Notes: generated by a model not told the origin, from the sequence alone. DNA of 64,000 bases from Promethearchaeota archaeon (GCA_048940925.1 JBHLOC010000018.1:22501-86500), one strand, 5' to 3'. Positions 29,511 to 39,649 are shown, counted from the stretch's first letter. Numbers and translations are program-made.

Positions 29511-29666
29511 AAAATTATTAATAGGACTATAAAATCATATTATATATTAGAATATAAATTAGTAATTGCATTTAAAAGATTCAATAAAGAATTGTTATAC
29601 TTTAGTTATTCCAAGGTTTATCTAAAATCGAGATTTATCGCACAATTATAAATAGGAGGGAAAAGG

Positions 29667-30182
29667 TTGTCCAAACCAATGATTATAAAGTGTATTACAG
29701 CAGGAGATGGTGGTGTGGGTAAAACAACACTCCTTTATCGATATGTGGAGGGAAGATTTTTAGCAGACACACGTATGACCTTAGGTGTAGAGTTTTTCAT
29801 AAAAGAAGTAGATGTTGGAAGGAAAAAGATAAATTTACAGGTGTGGGATTTTGGAGGTCAGGAGCATTTTCGACCATTATTAAAAAATTATGCATTGGGG
29901 GCAAGGGGAGCATTATTACTTTTTGATCTTACTAGACCATCAAGCTTAGACAAAATTGACCAATGGGTTAATATCTGTAGAGAAGATAACCCCAATATAC
30001 CTATTATTTTTTTGGGTACAAAACTAGATTTAACTGATTTAATATCTGTTGATGACAGTTATGCATTGAGATTTAAAACTAAGTATAATTTTCTTGATTA
30101 TTTAAAAATCTCCTCGAAAACTGGTGAAAATGTGAATTTAGCATTTAAGATGTTAGCAAAAGAAATCATAAGGAATTTATAA
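29667..30182 (+). CDS. Rab-like small GTPase, paralog of 28548-29069
   Basis: GDGGVGKT, TLGVEF, WDFGGQ, TKLD, SSK. Confidence 0.93.
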   Translation: MSKPMIIKCITAGDGGVGKTTLLYRYVEGRFLADTRMTLGVEFFIKEVDVGRKKINLQVWDFGGQEHFRPLLKNYALGARGALLLFDLTRPSSLDKIDQWVNICREDNPNIPIIFLGTKLDLTDLISVDDSYALRFKTKYNFLDYLKISSKTGENVNLAFKMLAKEIIRNL

Positions 30183-30198
30183 GATTGTACTCTTAATA

Positions 30199-31398
30199 TT
30201 AAATCCTGTTCATCAGAATATTTGTAATAGCTTTTTTATTTAAATTAACAGGATTATTCTTTAATCCAGTCTTTTCTAAAATTTTATTAATATCATCTTC
30301 TTTTATGCCATATTTAGCTAGCTTATCAATTTTTAAATCTTCTGTCCATTTTTCAAGAGTTTTTATTAATATTGTAGTATAGTGGTCTATTTCATCGTTG
30401 TCTATCTCTTCTTTACCTATTAATAAAGCACCAATTTTAGCATGTTTTCTCAACCCTACTTTACCTGATGGTCCAGATTCCAGCAAAATTTTAATATTCA
30501 TCTTAGTAGCTTCAGCTAGAAGTGTACCACATATTACACCATGAGGAACATCAAAAAATCCTCCAATTGAAGAAGCTAATCCATGAACTATTCCTAAACC
30601 TGCATTTGCTAATGAAATTCCGGACATAAGTGAGCCATATGCCATTGCTGCTCGAACATTGATATTTGATGCTCCAGTTGAACACGCTAAGATTAAATTT
30701 TCACTCATATATTTCATCCCACTTAAAGCTAAAGCATCAGTTATAGGATTAGCTTTTGGAGAGACATAAGCTTCAAGTAATTGTGTAAAGGCATCCATTC
30801 CACACGCGGCAGAAATAGCTGGTGGACAAGAAATCATTAACTCAGGATCGATTATTGCTACATTTGGTATTAAATTATCGTGACGAAGGGATTTCTTAAA
30901 CCCATTTGGACCTATCTCACTAATAACTGCATTTTTAGTAGCTTCACTTCCTGTACCTGATGTAGTTGGAATCGCTATATATGGAATTTTCTGACCATCA
31001 TGAACTTTGTCGCCTACTCCTTCTAAGTAATTCTTAATTGAATCTCTTTTTGGAATCATTGCGGAAATTGCTTTACCTGCATCTGTAACACTTCCTCCTC
31101 CTATACCAACGACTAAATCAGGTTTATTATCTCTATATTGTCTTGCTACGTTATCAACTATATTAGGAGAAGGTTCACCCGAAATTGAAACAACTGAATA
31201 GTTGTATGATGCATTTTCTAATTTGTTTATTATCTCATCCCACTTTCCAGATCTTTTAAGTGATTTTTCACCTATTACAAACAACATATTCTTTCCATAC
31301 ATAGGCAATATATCAAAAAGTTGAGTTAATTTACCAGAACCAAAAATTATATGAGGGATACTAGCAAAATTAAAAGAAAAAACCATGTTATTCATCAT
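30199..31398 (-). CDS. iron-containing alcohol dehydrogenase
   Basis: GGGSVTD, PTTSGTGSE, DAFTQ, GIVHGL, VPHG. Confidence 0.93.
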   Translation of the reverse strand: MMNNMVFSFNFASIPHIIFGSGKLTQLFDILPMYGKNMLFVIGEKSLKRSGKWDEIINKLENASYNYSVVSISGEPSPNIVDNVARQYRDNKPDLVVGIGGGSVTDAGKAISAMIPKRDSIKNYLEGVGDKVHDGQKIPYIAIPTTSGTGSEATKNAVISEIGPNGFKKSLRHDNLIPNVAIIDPELMISCPPAISAACGMDAFTQLLEAYVSPKANPITDALALSGMKYMSENLILACSTGASNINVRAAMAYGSLMSGISLANAGLGIVHGLASSIGGFFDVPHGVICGTLLAEATKMNIKILLESGPSGKVGLRKHAKIGALLIGKEEIDNDEIDHYTTILIKTLEKWTEDLKIDKLAKYGIKEDDINKILEKTGLKNNPVNLNKKAITNILMNRI

Positions 31399-31553
31399 AT
31401 TTGATTTTACTTTTACCTTAATTATAATATTTTCAAACTAAAATAAAATTTTAATGCATGTAACATTAAATCATTAATATTGCTATAATAAGATTTTTAA
31501 CTTAGCTTAGATAATTTGTTTTATAATACGAGATGAAGGAATACTGATTTAAA

Positions 31554-31892
31554 ATGAAAAAAGTCAATGAAAATGAATTTGAATACAGAAAAGGAGAAAG
31601 TGGCGTAAAATATTTAATGCGAGGACCAAGTATAGATTGGGGATTAATATTACTGAAACCAGGTGAAATGATGGGTGATAAAGCCCATGGACATAATTTC
31701 ATTGATGAAACATTCTATTTTGTAGAGGGTAATGGTGTTATGATTGTTAATGATAAAGAATTTCCAGCACCTCAAGGTAGTGTATTTCTTTGTGAACCCA
31801 AAGAAATGCATAATATCAGGAATGATTCTGATAAATCCATCAAAATTGTATTTATTAAGGGAGAATACAAGCCGGATGATAAGATTGAATAA
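31554..31892 (+). CDS. cupin domain protein
   Basis: HGH...ETFYFVEGNG...PKEMHNIRN. Confidence 0.88.
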   Translation: MKKVNENEFEYRKGESGVKYLMRGPSIDWGLILLKPGEMMGDKAHGHNFIDETFYFVEGNGVMIVNDKEFPAPQGSVFLCEPKEMHNIRNDSDKSIKIVFIKGEYKPDDKIE

Positions 31893-31925
31893 TAAATTTT
31901 AGATAAAAAATAATTGAGAGATAAT

Positions 31926-32303
31926 ATGGCTAAAAAAAAAGGAAAAAAAGGAAAGAAAGGAAGATCATCTGATCAACCAGTAATTACTAGGGTTAAATTC
32001 CCGAATAAAGAACTGGGAGAAATGTTCGCAATTGTGATTGATATTTTAGGAGGAGATAGGATGCGAGTATTCTGTGAGGATGGTAAACACCGAATAGGAA
32101 GAATTCGTGGTAAAATAAAGAAGAGGGTATGGATAAGGCGCGGAGATCTGACGATAGTGAATCCATGGGACTGGGAAACTGAAACTAAAGATGGATTAGG
32201 GAAATGCGAGATCACATGGAGATATACACGCGCTGAAATCTCATGGCTTGAGCGTAAAAATAGAATTCCAGATATATTAGATATAAATAATATCCCTTTT
32301 TAA
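31926..32303 (+). CDS. eif1a: translation initiation factor aIF1A
   Basis: Basic N-tail, LGGDRMRVFCEDG...RIRGKIKKRVWIRRGD...PWDW...WRY; ATG at 31926. Confidence 0.95.
   Translation: MAKKKGKKGKKGRSSDQPVITRVKFPNKELGEMFAIVIDILGGDRMRVFCEDGKHRIGRIRGKIKKRVWIRRGDLTIVNPWDWETETKDGLGKCEITWRYTRAEISWLERKNRIPDILDINNIPF
32246..32302 (+). repeat. direct repeat copy 1 (3' end of aIF1A)
   Basis: 57 nt, 3 mismatches to 32792-32848. Confidence 0.9.
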
Positions 32304-32427
32304 TTCAGATAATAGGCGAAGTTTTCTCACAGATATAACAAGATTTAAATTGAACTATCTATCACTATAATGTAAATCATAATAACTCATCTAAATTTTA
32401 CAAATTTTGGATTGAAAAAGTGTCAAT

Positions 32428-32709
32428 ATGCGTGATAAAAGGAAAATTATAATAAAAGATCCTAAATTATGGAATCTTTGAAATTCATTAAGAGGAATTA
32501 TTTTTTTAGCCTATCAAAAAGAGCTTGAAGAGACTGAGGAGGATAGGCTCAATTGGTCACGTAGGAGATCATTAAGAAAATCAATTTGCTTATGCCAAAT
32601 ATGTGGGCAGATTGATAAAGATATGATCTATATTTCAAATTTAGACTAATGGCTTTGTATTGATTGTCAATCTCTCAGAGAGAAAGCAGATTCTCAAAGA
32701 GTCGAATAA
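32428..32709 (+). pseudogene. disrupted small Cys-rich (zinc-finger-like) gene
   Basis: MRDKRKIIIKDPKLWNL*NSLRG...SICLCQICGQIDKDMIYISNLD*WLCIDC...; one frame with internal TGA and TAA. Confidence 0.7.
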
Positions 32710-32791
32710 AGCTTAAAAGAATAATATATCTAGGGGAATTAATAATTCCTTAAAATTCATTTTATTTAAAATAATTAAAAGTTTAATAGTA

Positions 32792-32848
32792 GCTTGAGCG
32801 TAAAAATAGAATTCCAGAGATATTAGATATTAATAATATCCCATTTTA
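32792..32848 (+). repeat. direct repeat copy 2 (displaced aIF1A 3' end, att-like)
   Basis: Encodes LERKNRIPEILDINNIPF versus LERKNRIPDILDINNIPF in the gene. Confidence 0.9.
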
Positions 32849-33021
32849 TCACATTAAATATAATAGGCTCTCTACTCTAGTATTTAAACCTTTTTAACAC
32901 AATTGACATTTAGAATCACAAAAAAGCAAAATTTTATAACGTAGTAATACCTAGTAAGCTTATACTTATTTTTCTTTTTATATTTTTAAAACCCAAATTC
33001 AAATGAGATTCGTGATAAAAC

Positions 33022-33774
33022 TTGTCTGAAAAAGAAGAAAATTTAAATGAAGGTGAAGAATTTTCGATTGATGAGAGCTCTTTATCGGAATCTGAAGAAG
33101 AAAAAGGAGAATTAACAACTCTTTTTGCTGTAAGAACAACAATTAATCAAGAGAGTAATATTCTCAAACAAATTTTTTATCGTTTCCGTATATTAGACAC
33201 TATACCTGATATCCGCGCTATGCTTGTTTCTCCTCTTCTACCGGGCTATATATTTTTCGAAGCTCCCACTAAGAGAGAGGTTCAAATCGCTGTACAAGGA
33301 ATACCTCATATCAAAGGAAGAATTGTCCAAAATATCGAATTAAGTGAATTGAAACATGTTTTACTCCCAAGAAGTGTCACTGAATATTTAGAAGAAGGAG
33401 ACACGGTTGAAATTATTAGTGGTGTGTTTGAAGGTGCAAGAGCTATCGTCATGCGGATGCCTCATGATACATCAAGCAGTGAGGAAGTTGTTGTTCGATT
33501 GCTACAAGAAGAAACTCCTATAACAATTAAAATTCATGGAGATTTTTTAAAGCTAGTTGAAAAGAAGAAACCTGTCGCTGAGATTGTCCCTGAAATTAAA
33601 GTTTCAGGAGGTACTGTCACAGATATAGAAAAAGCAATATCTTTTGAAGATGAATTTGAAGAGTTTGAAGAGGAATATCCAGAAAGTTTGAGAAGTGAAG
33701 AAACTGAAGAATACTCTGATGAAGAAGAGGAACTCGAAGAAGAAGATGAATGGGCTAAATTTGATGGTTTCTAA
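33022..33774 (+). CDS. spt5: transcription elongation factor Spt5 (NGN+KOW) with acidic tails
   Basis: FAVRTTINQE, LPGYIFFE, KOW GDTVEIISGVFEG. Confidence 0.9.
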   Translation: MSEKEENLNEGEEFSIDESSLSESEEEKGELTTLFAVRTTINQESNILKQIFYRFRILDTIPDIRAMLVSPLLPGYIFFEAPTKREVQIAVQGIPHIKGRIVQNIELSELKHVLLPRSVTEYLEEGDTVEIISGVFEGARAIVMRMPHDTSSSEEVVVRLLQEETPITIKIHGDFLKLVEKKKPVAEIVPEIKVSGGTVTDIEKAISFEDEFEEFEEEYPESLRSEETEEYSDEEEELEEEDEWAKFDGF

Positions 33775-33992
33775 CTCAAATTTATTTACATTCAATTTTT
33801 TTATTTCAATAATAGGGATAAATTGCATTAATTAAACAAATCTTTTGTTCTCATATGAAATAGAATGGAAATATTGCTATTCGTTGCATTAACCTTATGA
33901 ATCTAATAAATAAGAGGATTTTTATATTTGAACTTTTTTTAAAGAAATAATAAAAATTTGAAATTTAGAGTAAAAATCATCTATTGAGTTAA

Positions 33993-34742
33993 ATGATTAA
34001 AAATATCTTCATCATGAAATCCACAGGGGAGTTAATTTTTTATAAAACCTATGAAGATATTTTTAATGTAAAACTTACAAGTAGTTTTTTAAGTGCGATC
34101 TTCTCATTTGTAAAACAAACATTAAAAACTGAAGAATTATCTGAAATTGAAGTAGGGCTCTTTAGGTTTATATTTGAAATTGAGAAAATGGGGAATGATG
34201 AATTACTATTTGCATTATTTAGTGATCGAACTGAAAATTTAATCGAGTTAAGAAAACAATTACGAGAAGTAAAAAATCAATTTTTAAATAGATTTGATGT
34301 TAACTTATTAACTGATCATTATGATGGCGAGATTTCAAAATTTCTCGATTTTGAAAATAATATTAATGACATCATGGAAAGTAGTAAGCCATTGATCTCA
34401 AAAGAAATCCATGGAGATTTAATAAATATTTTTAATGAGCTGCATACATTCTCTTCTTTCGTCGTATCTTCAGCATTATTAACTCAGACAGGAAGAGTAA
34501 TAGTTTCCTATTTAGAACATAATGTTCTTACAGAAATCATACGACTTCTAGAGGGTAGATTTCTGGCAGGAAATTATAAAGTTAATGAGCTAATATCATT
34601 AGAAAAATTTGGCGTGCTTTCATTGGTAGGAATCAATGATAGTTATATATCAGTAATTCAATTTAAAAAAAATTGCCCTTTTGAGACAGGGTTAGTCATT
34701 TCAAAAAGATTCTCAAATAGACTGCAAAAACTTATTTGTTAA
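33993..34742 (+). CDS. longin-like + roadblock-like domain protein
   Basis: MIKNIFIMKSTGELIFYK...LTSSFLSAIFSF (longin-type N-terminus); C-terminal SSALLTQTGRVIVS (roadblock-type). Confidence 0.7.
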   Translation: MIKNIFIMKSTGELIFYKTYEDIFNVKLTSSFLSAIFSFVKQTLKTEELSEIEVGLFRFIFEIEKMGNDELLFALFSDRTENLIELRKQLREVKNQFLNRFDVNLLTDHYDGEISKFLDFENNINDIMESSKPLISKEIHGDLINIFNELHTFSSFVVSSALLTQTGRVIVSYLEHNVLTEIIRLLEGRFLAGNYKVNELISLEKFGVLSLVGINDSYISVIQFKKNCPFETGLVISKRFSNRLQKLIC

Positions 34743-34933
34743 ATTTTTTGAGATAAATTGACCGAAATATAGTAATTATTATCTATTTCATAAAAAATTT
34801 TAAAAAAACAATAAGCCAATATGTAATATCGTTAATTTGATTTCCAAAAATTAAAAAGTCATTTTACATTTTACACTAGTGTAATTACTTATCTAATAAA
34901 CATAAAATAAATAAGAATTAGGGGTAAAAATAA

Positions 34934-36217
34934 ATGTCAAGATTTGTTGATCAGGTTATCAATGATGAGATTTTAGATAAACTAAGCCTAAAGAATCGAT
35001 ATTCCTTTTTAAATAATAATCTAATGGCAATTTTAACTGCAGACCAATTTAATTTCCTGAAAAGAGTTCAAAAGTTTTGTATGAGATTTGAAAAGAAAAA
35101 TGGGATCACTCACGGTCCAAATGAAGATATATACGAATGGATACCAACTTTTGGAGCTGAGGGTTATATTACAAGAGCACATAATTTTGAAATGATTGAT
35201 GTCAATTATGAATACTATGGGGCTGTGCCTGATTTTCTGCGCTATTTAGCCATTGATATGTTTGATACTCAATTCGCAATGGGAAGTGGTGCTACAGTAT
35301 TAGCAATTAATCCTATTTATGAGCACCATGAAAATATTCCTGAGAGGCTAGATGCGATAAAAGATCTTGTGACAGGCAAAGGATCAGGCTGCATATGTAT
35401 CACGGAACCTGAAAGAGGTTCTGATGCAGTCCACCAATTAAGCACTTGTGACGAGCAGGAAGATGGCAGCTTTTTACTCAATGGTGAAAAGGTTTTTAAT
35501 ACTAATGCCCCAAAAGCAAAATGGGCTGTTGCTTATGCTACTGCAGAAAAGAACAATGGAAATTTAATGGCACAGTTCTTGATCAATACAAACTGGGAAG
35601 GGTGGAAGTGTGAAAGAGTGAACATTCCCTGGGTTCCAAAACTATATTTAGGTCATGAATGGTTTGAAAATCTTAGAGTTCCAAAAGAATATATCTTAGG
35701 ACCTGTCGGTAAAGGAAGAGAACATCTCTTTGAAGGCTTAGTCCCTGAGCGAATTGGTATTGCATGTGGAGCCATTTCTCAATGTTGGGGAGCAATATCT
35801 CACGCTGCAATTTATGCTAATTTAAGAAAACAATTTGATCAAGAAATCCTTAAATTTCAAGGGGTTGGATTTCTTTTAACAGATTTATGGGCAAAAACTA
35901 CGAATTTAACCCTGGGACTATTAAAATTCTGTGAAGCTTACGACGATAAGATGGAAAAATTCGAAGGAAAAATACCTGGAAATATTTCACGAGCAATGGT
36001 TGCAAGTGCCTCTCAATTTAAGTATCATTGTACTAATCTTTCTAAACGAATCTGTTATGAAGCTGCCAATTTAATGGGTGGCGCAGGATTATCAGATAAT
36101 ACCATGATGCAAGATTATGTAAATATTTCCAGAATTCAAGAAATTGTAGGAGGAAGCAGACAAATTCAACAATACATTATGAGTATGGCACTCCGCCAAC
36201 TATTTAAAATGATATAA
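34934..36217 (+). CDS. acyl-CoA dehydrogenase
   Basis: ITEPERGSDA, LNGEKVF, RKQFD, MGGAG, EIVGG. Confidence 0.92.
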   Translation: MSRFVDQVINDEILDKLSLKNRYSFLNNNLMAILTADQFNFLKRVQKFCMRFEKKNGITHGPNEDIYEWIPTFGAEGYITRAHNFEMIDVNYEYYGAVPDFLRYLAIDMFDTQFAMGSGATVLAINPIYEHHENIPERLDAIKDLVTGKGSGCICITEPERGSDAVHQLSTCDEQEDGSFLLNGEKVFNTNAPKAKWAVAYATAEKNNGNLMAQFLINTNWEGWKCERVNIPWVPKLYLGHEWFENLRVPKEYILGPVGKGREHLFEGLVPERIGIACGAISQCWGAISHAAIYANLRKQFDQEILKFQGVGFLLTDLWAKTTNLTLGLLKFCEAYDDKMEKFEGKIPGNISRAMVASASQFKYHCTNLSKRICYEAANLMGGAGLSDNTMMQDYVNISRIQEIVGGSRQIQQYIMSMALRQLFKMI

Positions 36218-36220
36218 ACT

Positions 36221-36232
36221 CTTTTTTTTTTT
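36221..36232 (+). terminator. oligo-T archaeal terminator candidate
   Basis: Long T run directly after the stop codon at 36217. Confidence 0.45.
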
Positions 36233-36531
36233 ATTAGATATTTCTTTTTACTTATTCTATATTAATAATTCCTAACTAACTAATCTCAGAAGAGAGAAAC
36301 ATGGAAGAATTACTTAATATTGCGAAAAATGCCTTTCCACCAGTATCAGGAAGGACTTGAAAAACATTATAAACAGTTTTTTATCCAATTTTATTCATAC
36401 CTTCTTTTGATCAAATCAATTTAATTTAACGTATAATTTTAAAATTAGAATTTCTTTTTGAAGATATTGTTTTATTATTGAAAAATTGATATAAATTATA
36501 TCATAATTAAAAATTATGAGAGTTAAGTACT

Positions 36532-37824
36532 ATGAGTGAAAATAAGCGATATAAAACTCAGGTTATTAATGATGAGATCCTTGAAAAATTAAGTCTTGAA
36601 CACCGTTATAATTTTGTAAAAGATAATCTAAGAGTAATTTTAACTGAGGCTCAATTTAATTTTCTTACAAAAGTTCAGGATTTCTGCTTAAACTATGAAT
36701 CTAAAAATAAAATAACCCATGGTCCTAATGAGGACGTTTATGAGTGGTATGCTGATTTTGGAAAAGAGGGTTATATCACCCGACAAACGCCATATGAATG
36801 CATAGACTTGAATTATGAAGAATACGGAATGGCTTTTGAATTTATGAGAATTCTCGCTCTTGATAACTTCGATCCTCAATTTGCAATGGGTTCGGGAGCA
36901 ACTGTTATTTGTCTTAACCCGATTTATGCCCACCATGAAAACATTCCCGAAAGACTAGAAGCTTTGAAAGAGCTTGTCACGGGTCAAGCAGTGGGGTGCT
37001 TGTTAATGACTGAACCAGAAAGAGGATCTGATGCAGTTCATCAATTAACGACTTGTGATGAACAGGAAGACGGGAGCTTTTTGCTTAACGGAACCAAGAT
37101 TTTTAATACCAATGCGCCCAAATCAAAATGGGCTGTTGCATATGCCACAGCAGAAGAAAATCAAGGTAATTTAATGGGACAGTTTTTAATTAATACTTCT
37201 TGGGAGGGGTGGAACTGTGAACGTGTAGGAATACCCTGGGTGCCAAAACTGTTTATAGGAAAGGAACTCCTTGAGAATCTGAGAGTACCAAAAGAGTACG
37301 TCTTGGGAGGAATTGGTAAAGGAAGAGAGCATCTTTTTGAAGGGTTGATTCCCGAGAGAATAGCTATCGCAGTGAGGTGTATAAGTGCGTGTTGGGGCGC
37401 GTTAGCTCATGCTGTTATTTATGCCAATATGAGAAAGCAATTCGATCAACAAATTTTGCTGTTTCAAGGAGTTGGTTTTTCATTAGCAGATTTATGGGCT
37501 AAAACAACAGCATTGACTCATGGAGTCCTAAAGTTCGCAGAAATTTACGATGAGAAACACGAAAAATATGGTGACAACTTACCAGATCCGATAGCTCAGT
37601 CAATGGTTAACTCAGCAAGTCAATATAAATATATATGTGCCAATTTAGCTAAAGAAGTATGCTTTGAAGCGGCTAATTTAATGGGAGGAGCTGGTGTATG
37701 TGATAATACTTTAATGCATGATTATATTAGTGTTTCACGGATCTTAGAAGTAGTAGGAGGTACAAAACAGATCCAGCAATTTATAATGAGCAGAGGCCTG
37801 AAAAGACTATTTAAAACCCTTTAA
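36532..37824 (+). CDS. acyl-CoA dehydrogenase, tandem paralog
   Basis: MTEPERGSDA, LNGTKIF, RKQFD, MGGAG; colinear with the upstream copy. Confidence 0.92.
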   Translation: MSENKRYKTQVINDEILEKLSLEHRYNFVKDNLRVILTEAQFNFLTKVQDFCLNYESKNKITHGPNEDVYEWYADFGKEGYITRQTPYECIDLNYEEYGMAFEFMRILALDNFDPQFAMGSGATVICLNPIYAHHENIPERLEALKELVTGQAVGCLLMTEPERGSDAVHQLTTCDEQEDGSFLLNGTKIFNTNAPKSKWAVAYATAEENQGNLMGQFLINTSWEGWNCERVGIPWVPKLFIGKELLENLRVPKEYVLGGIGKGREHLFEGLIPERIAIAVRCISACWGALAHAVIYANMRKQFDQQILLFQGVGFSLADLWAKTTALTHGVLKFAEIYDEKHEKYGDNLPDPIAQSMVNSASQYKYICANLAKEVCFEAANLMGGAGVCDNTLMHDYISVSRILEVVGGTKQIQQFIMSRGLKRLFKTL

Positions 37825-37889
37825 ATTAATTTTTTTTCAAAGAAAGAAATAGAAAGAAAACAAAAGTTAATTTTTTTATTTATTATAGG

Positions 37890-38099
37890 TTATTCCTCTT
37901 CTTCTTCTTCCAATAGTTCTTCTATTTTATCTTCTAATTCTTCAATTTTATCGTCGATTTCAGCGATTTTATTATATGTTTCACATGTCTCGCACGCATC
38001 GGGTTCCTCGCATTTTGGGAGAGTATCACAAATTTCCTCTAATTTATCTCTCTCATCTAATAGTTTTTCAATTTCCTCTTCTAGTTTTTCAATACTCAT
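37890..38099 (-). CDS. small acidic coiled-coil protein with four Cys
   Basis: Heptad-rich helices either side of C-x5-C-x5-C-x2-C; AGGTGTG SD. Confidence 0.75.
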   Translation of the reverse strand: MSIEKLEEEIEKLLDERDKLEEICDTLPKCEEPDACETCETYNKIAEIDDKIEELEDKIEELLEEEEEE

Positions 38100-38168
38100 A
38101 TTTCACACCTATTTTTGTTAAGGTAATTAAGAAGTGATAATTTAATTTTTTTTCTTTGCAAATTTTTT

Positions 38169-38999
38169 TTATCTAAAAAAAGTCAAATACACATATGTAA
38201 CTATCAATATCGCTATGATGATCAAGAAAAGAATAATAAAACATTTCCTTGATTTCTTACTTTTTATAAATTCTTTCCCTTCTAAGATAAGAGTTTCTTG
38301 ATCACCATTATCCAGTGTTGTATCTTTAATTAAAAACTGCCCAGTATCAGTTTGAATTATCTCTAATTCTTCCCTTTTTTGCAATTTTTTAGTTAATTTT
38401 CTGAATTCCTTTACTGATTTCTTAATTAAATCTTGAGTTTCTTTGGGTAAATCATCATCCCGAATTTCAAGATCTTGTGTCATAAAATCTAAACCAACAG
38501 TTAACTTGTAATCTGCTTCAAACTCTTTATTAACAAAAGATTTGATTAATGAAGACTTCCCTACAGCAGCTTCCCCAACAAGCAATATTTTAAACCTAAA
38601 ATGATCAGAATTGATAATTTCACCTAACCTTGCTTTAAAATCTAGCAATGAGATTAATGCTAACCTATAAAATAACTTATCTACGTTATTTTTTTCTAAG
38701 GCTGATGTTTCTATAAACTCAAATAGATTGTATTGATTTAATTTTTGAAGTATTTTATCTTTTGGAACTGCTTCTCCGATATCTTTCTTTAAATCATTTT
38801 TATTTCCAACTAAGATAATTGGGATGTTTCCTGAATGTTCACGTAAATCTTTAAAATATTCGTCAATATTTTCGAGGGTATCAGGTCTAGAAAGATCAAA
38901 TACTAATGCAACTGTAGCAACTCCGTTAAAAAAATCAGTTTTAAAGAAGCTAAACCGCTCTTGACCTGCGATATCCCAAAGACTTAGAGTTACTCTCAT
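38169..38999 (-). CDS. circularly permuted Rab-like GTPase with C-terminal membrane anchor
   Basis: Order WDIAGQERF (G3), GNKND (G4), ETSA (G5), GEAAVGKS (G1), TVGLDF (G2), charged helix, hydrophobic tail. Confidence 0.85.
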   Translation of the reverse strand: MRVTLSLWDIAGQERFSFFKTDFFNGVATVALVFDLSRPDTLENIDEYFKDLREHSGNIPIILVGNKNDLKKDIGEAVPKDKILQKLNQYNLFEFIETSALEKNNVDKLFYRLALISLLDFKARLGEIINSDHFRFKILLVGEAAVGKSSLIKSFVNKEFEADYKLTVGLDFMTQDLEIRDDDLPKETQDLIKKSVKEFRKLTKKLQKREELEIIQTDTGQFLIKDTTLDNGDQETLILEGKEFIKSKKSRKCFIILFLIIIAILIVTYVYLTFFR

Positions 39000-39136
39000 T
39001 AAAGGTTCAGACCTCTACTTTTGGTTCAATAAGATAATTTTAATTGTCATTATTATAAAATATTAAAAATTGATATAATTTAAAATTAAAAAAGCGATTT
39101 CAATTTATTGAATAAATAATTAGAATTCTATATTTA

Positions 39137-39649
39137 CTATAATTTTTTCTCTAAAATTTCTAGCATGTCTTCTTCGAGAGTAGGATGCCATTTTGGATTT
39201 TCAACTATAGTGCCTATAAGATCACCAGTTTTGTTAAAGAAATAGAATGTTGGGATTGCTTTTAAGTCAAATTTTGGATCAACAGCTTCAGGTGGAGAAC
39301 GTTTTTTATGCCATCTAGGCTCTCCGGGTTTATCTATAGCGTTTACCATAATGCCATACAAAATTTGTAATGTTACATCATCTGAACTTATGGTTTTCAT
39401 TATTTTTATCATATAAGGCACATTCTTAGTGCAATCAGGGCACCAATCTGCACCCAATACAACTATTTTTAACTTTTGATTTTTTTCTTTCAATATATTT
39501 TGGATTTTTTCAATAATTTCTGACTTTGGTGTATAATTTTCAAGATTGCTGTTGATTATTGGCTTATCTTTATTGAGATTTATATACTCATCAGGAGTTA
39601 AAGTTGGAGATATTAGATCGTAATATTTTAATTCACTCATATTTAACAT
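39137..39649 (-). CDS. thioredoxin-like protein
   Basis: GADWCPDC, AIPTFYF. Confidence 0.85.
   Translation of the reverse strand: MLNMSELKYYDLISPTLTPDEYINLNKDKPIINSNLENYTPKSEIIEKIQNILKEKNQKLKIVVLGADWCPDCTKNVPYMIKIMKTISSDDVTLQILYGIMVNAIDKPGEPRWHKKRSPPEAVDPKFDLKAIPTFYFFNKTGDLIGTIVENPKWHPTLEEDMLEILEKKL

Noticed and set aside
36301-36360. 19-codon ORF MEELLNIAKNAFPPVSGRT between the acyl-CoA dehydrogenase genes
   Set aside because: Too short to support; may be a gene remnant.
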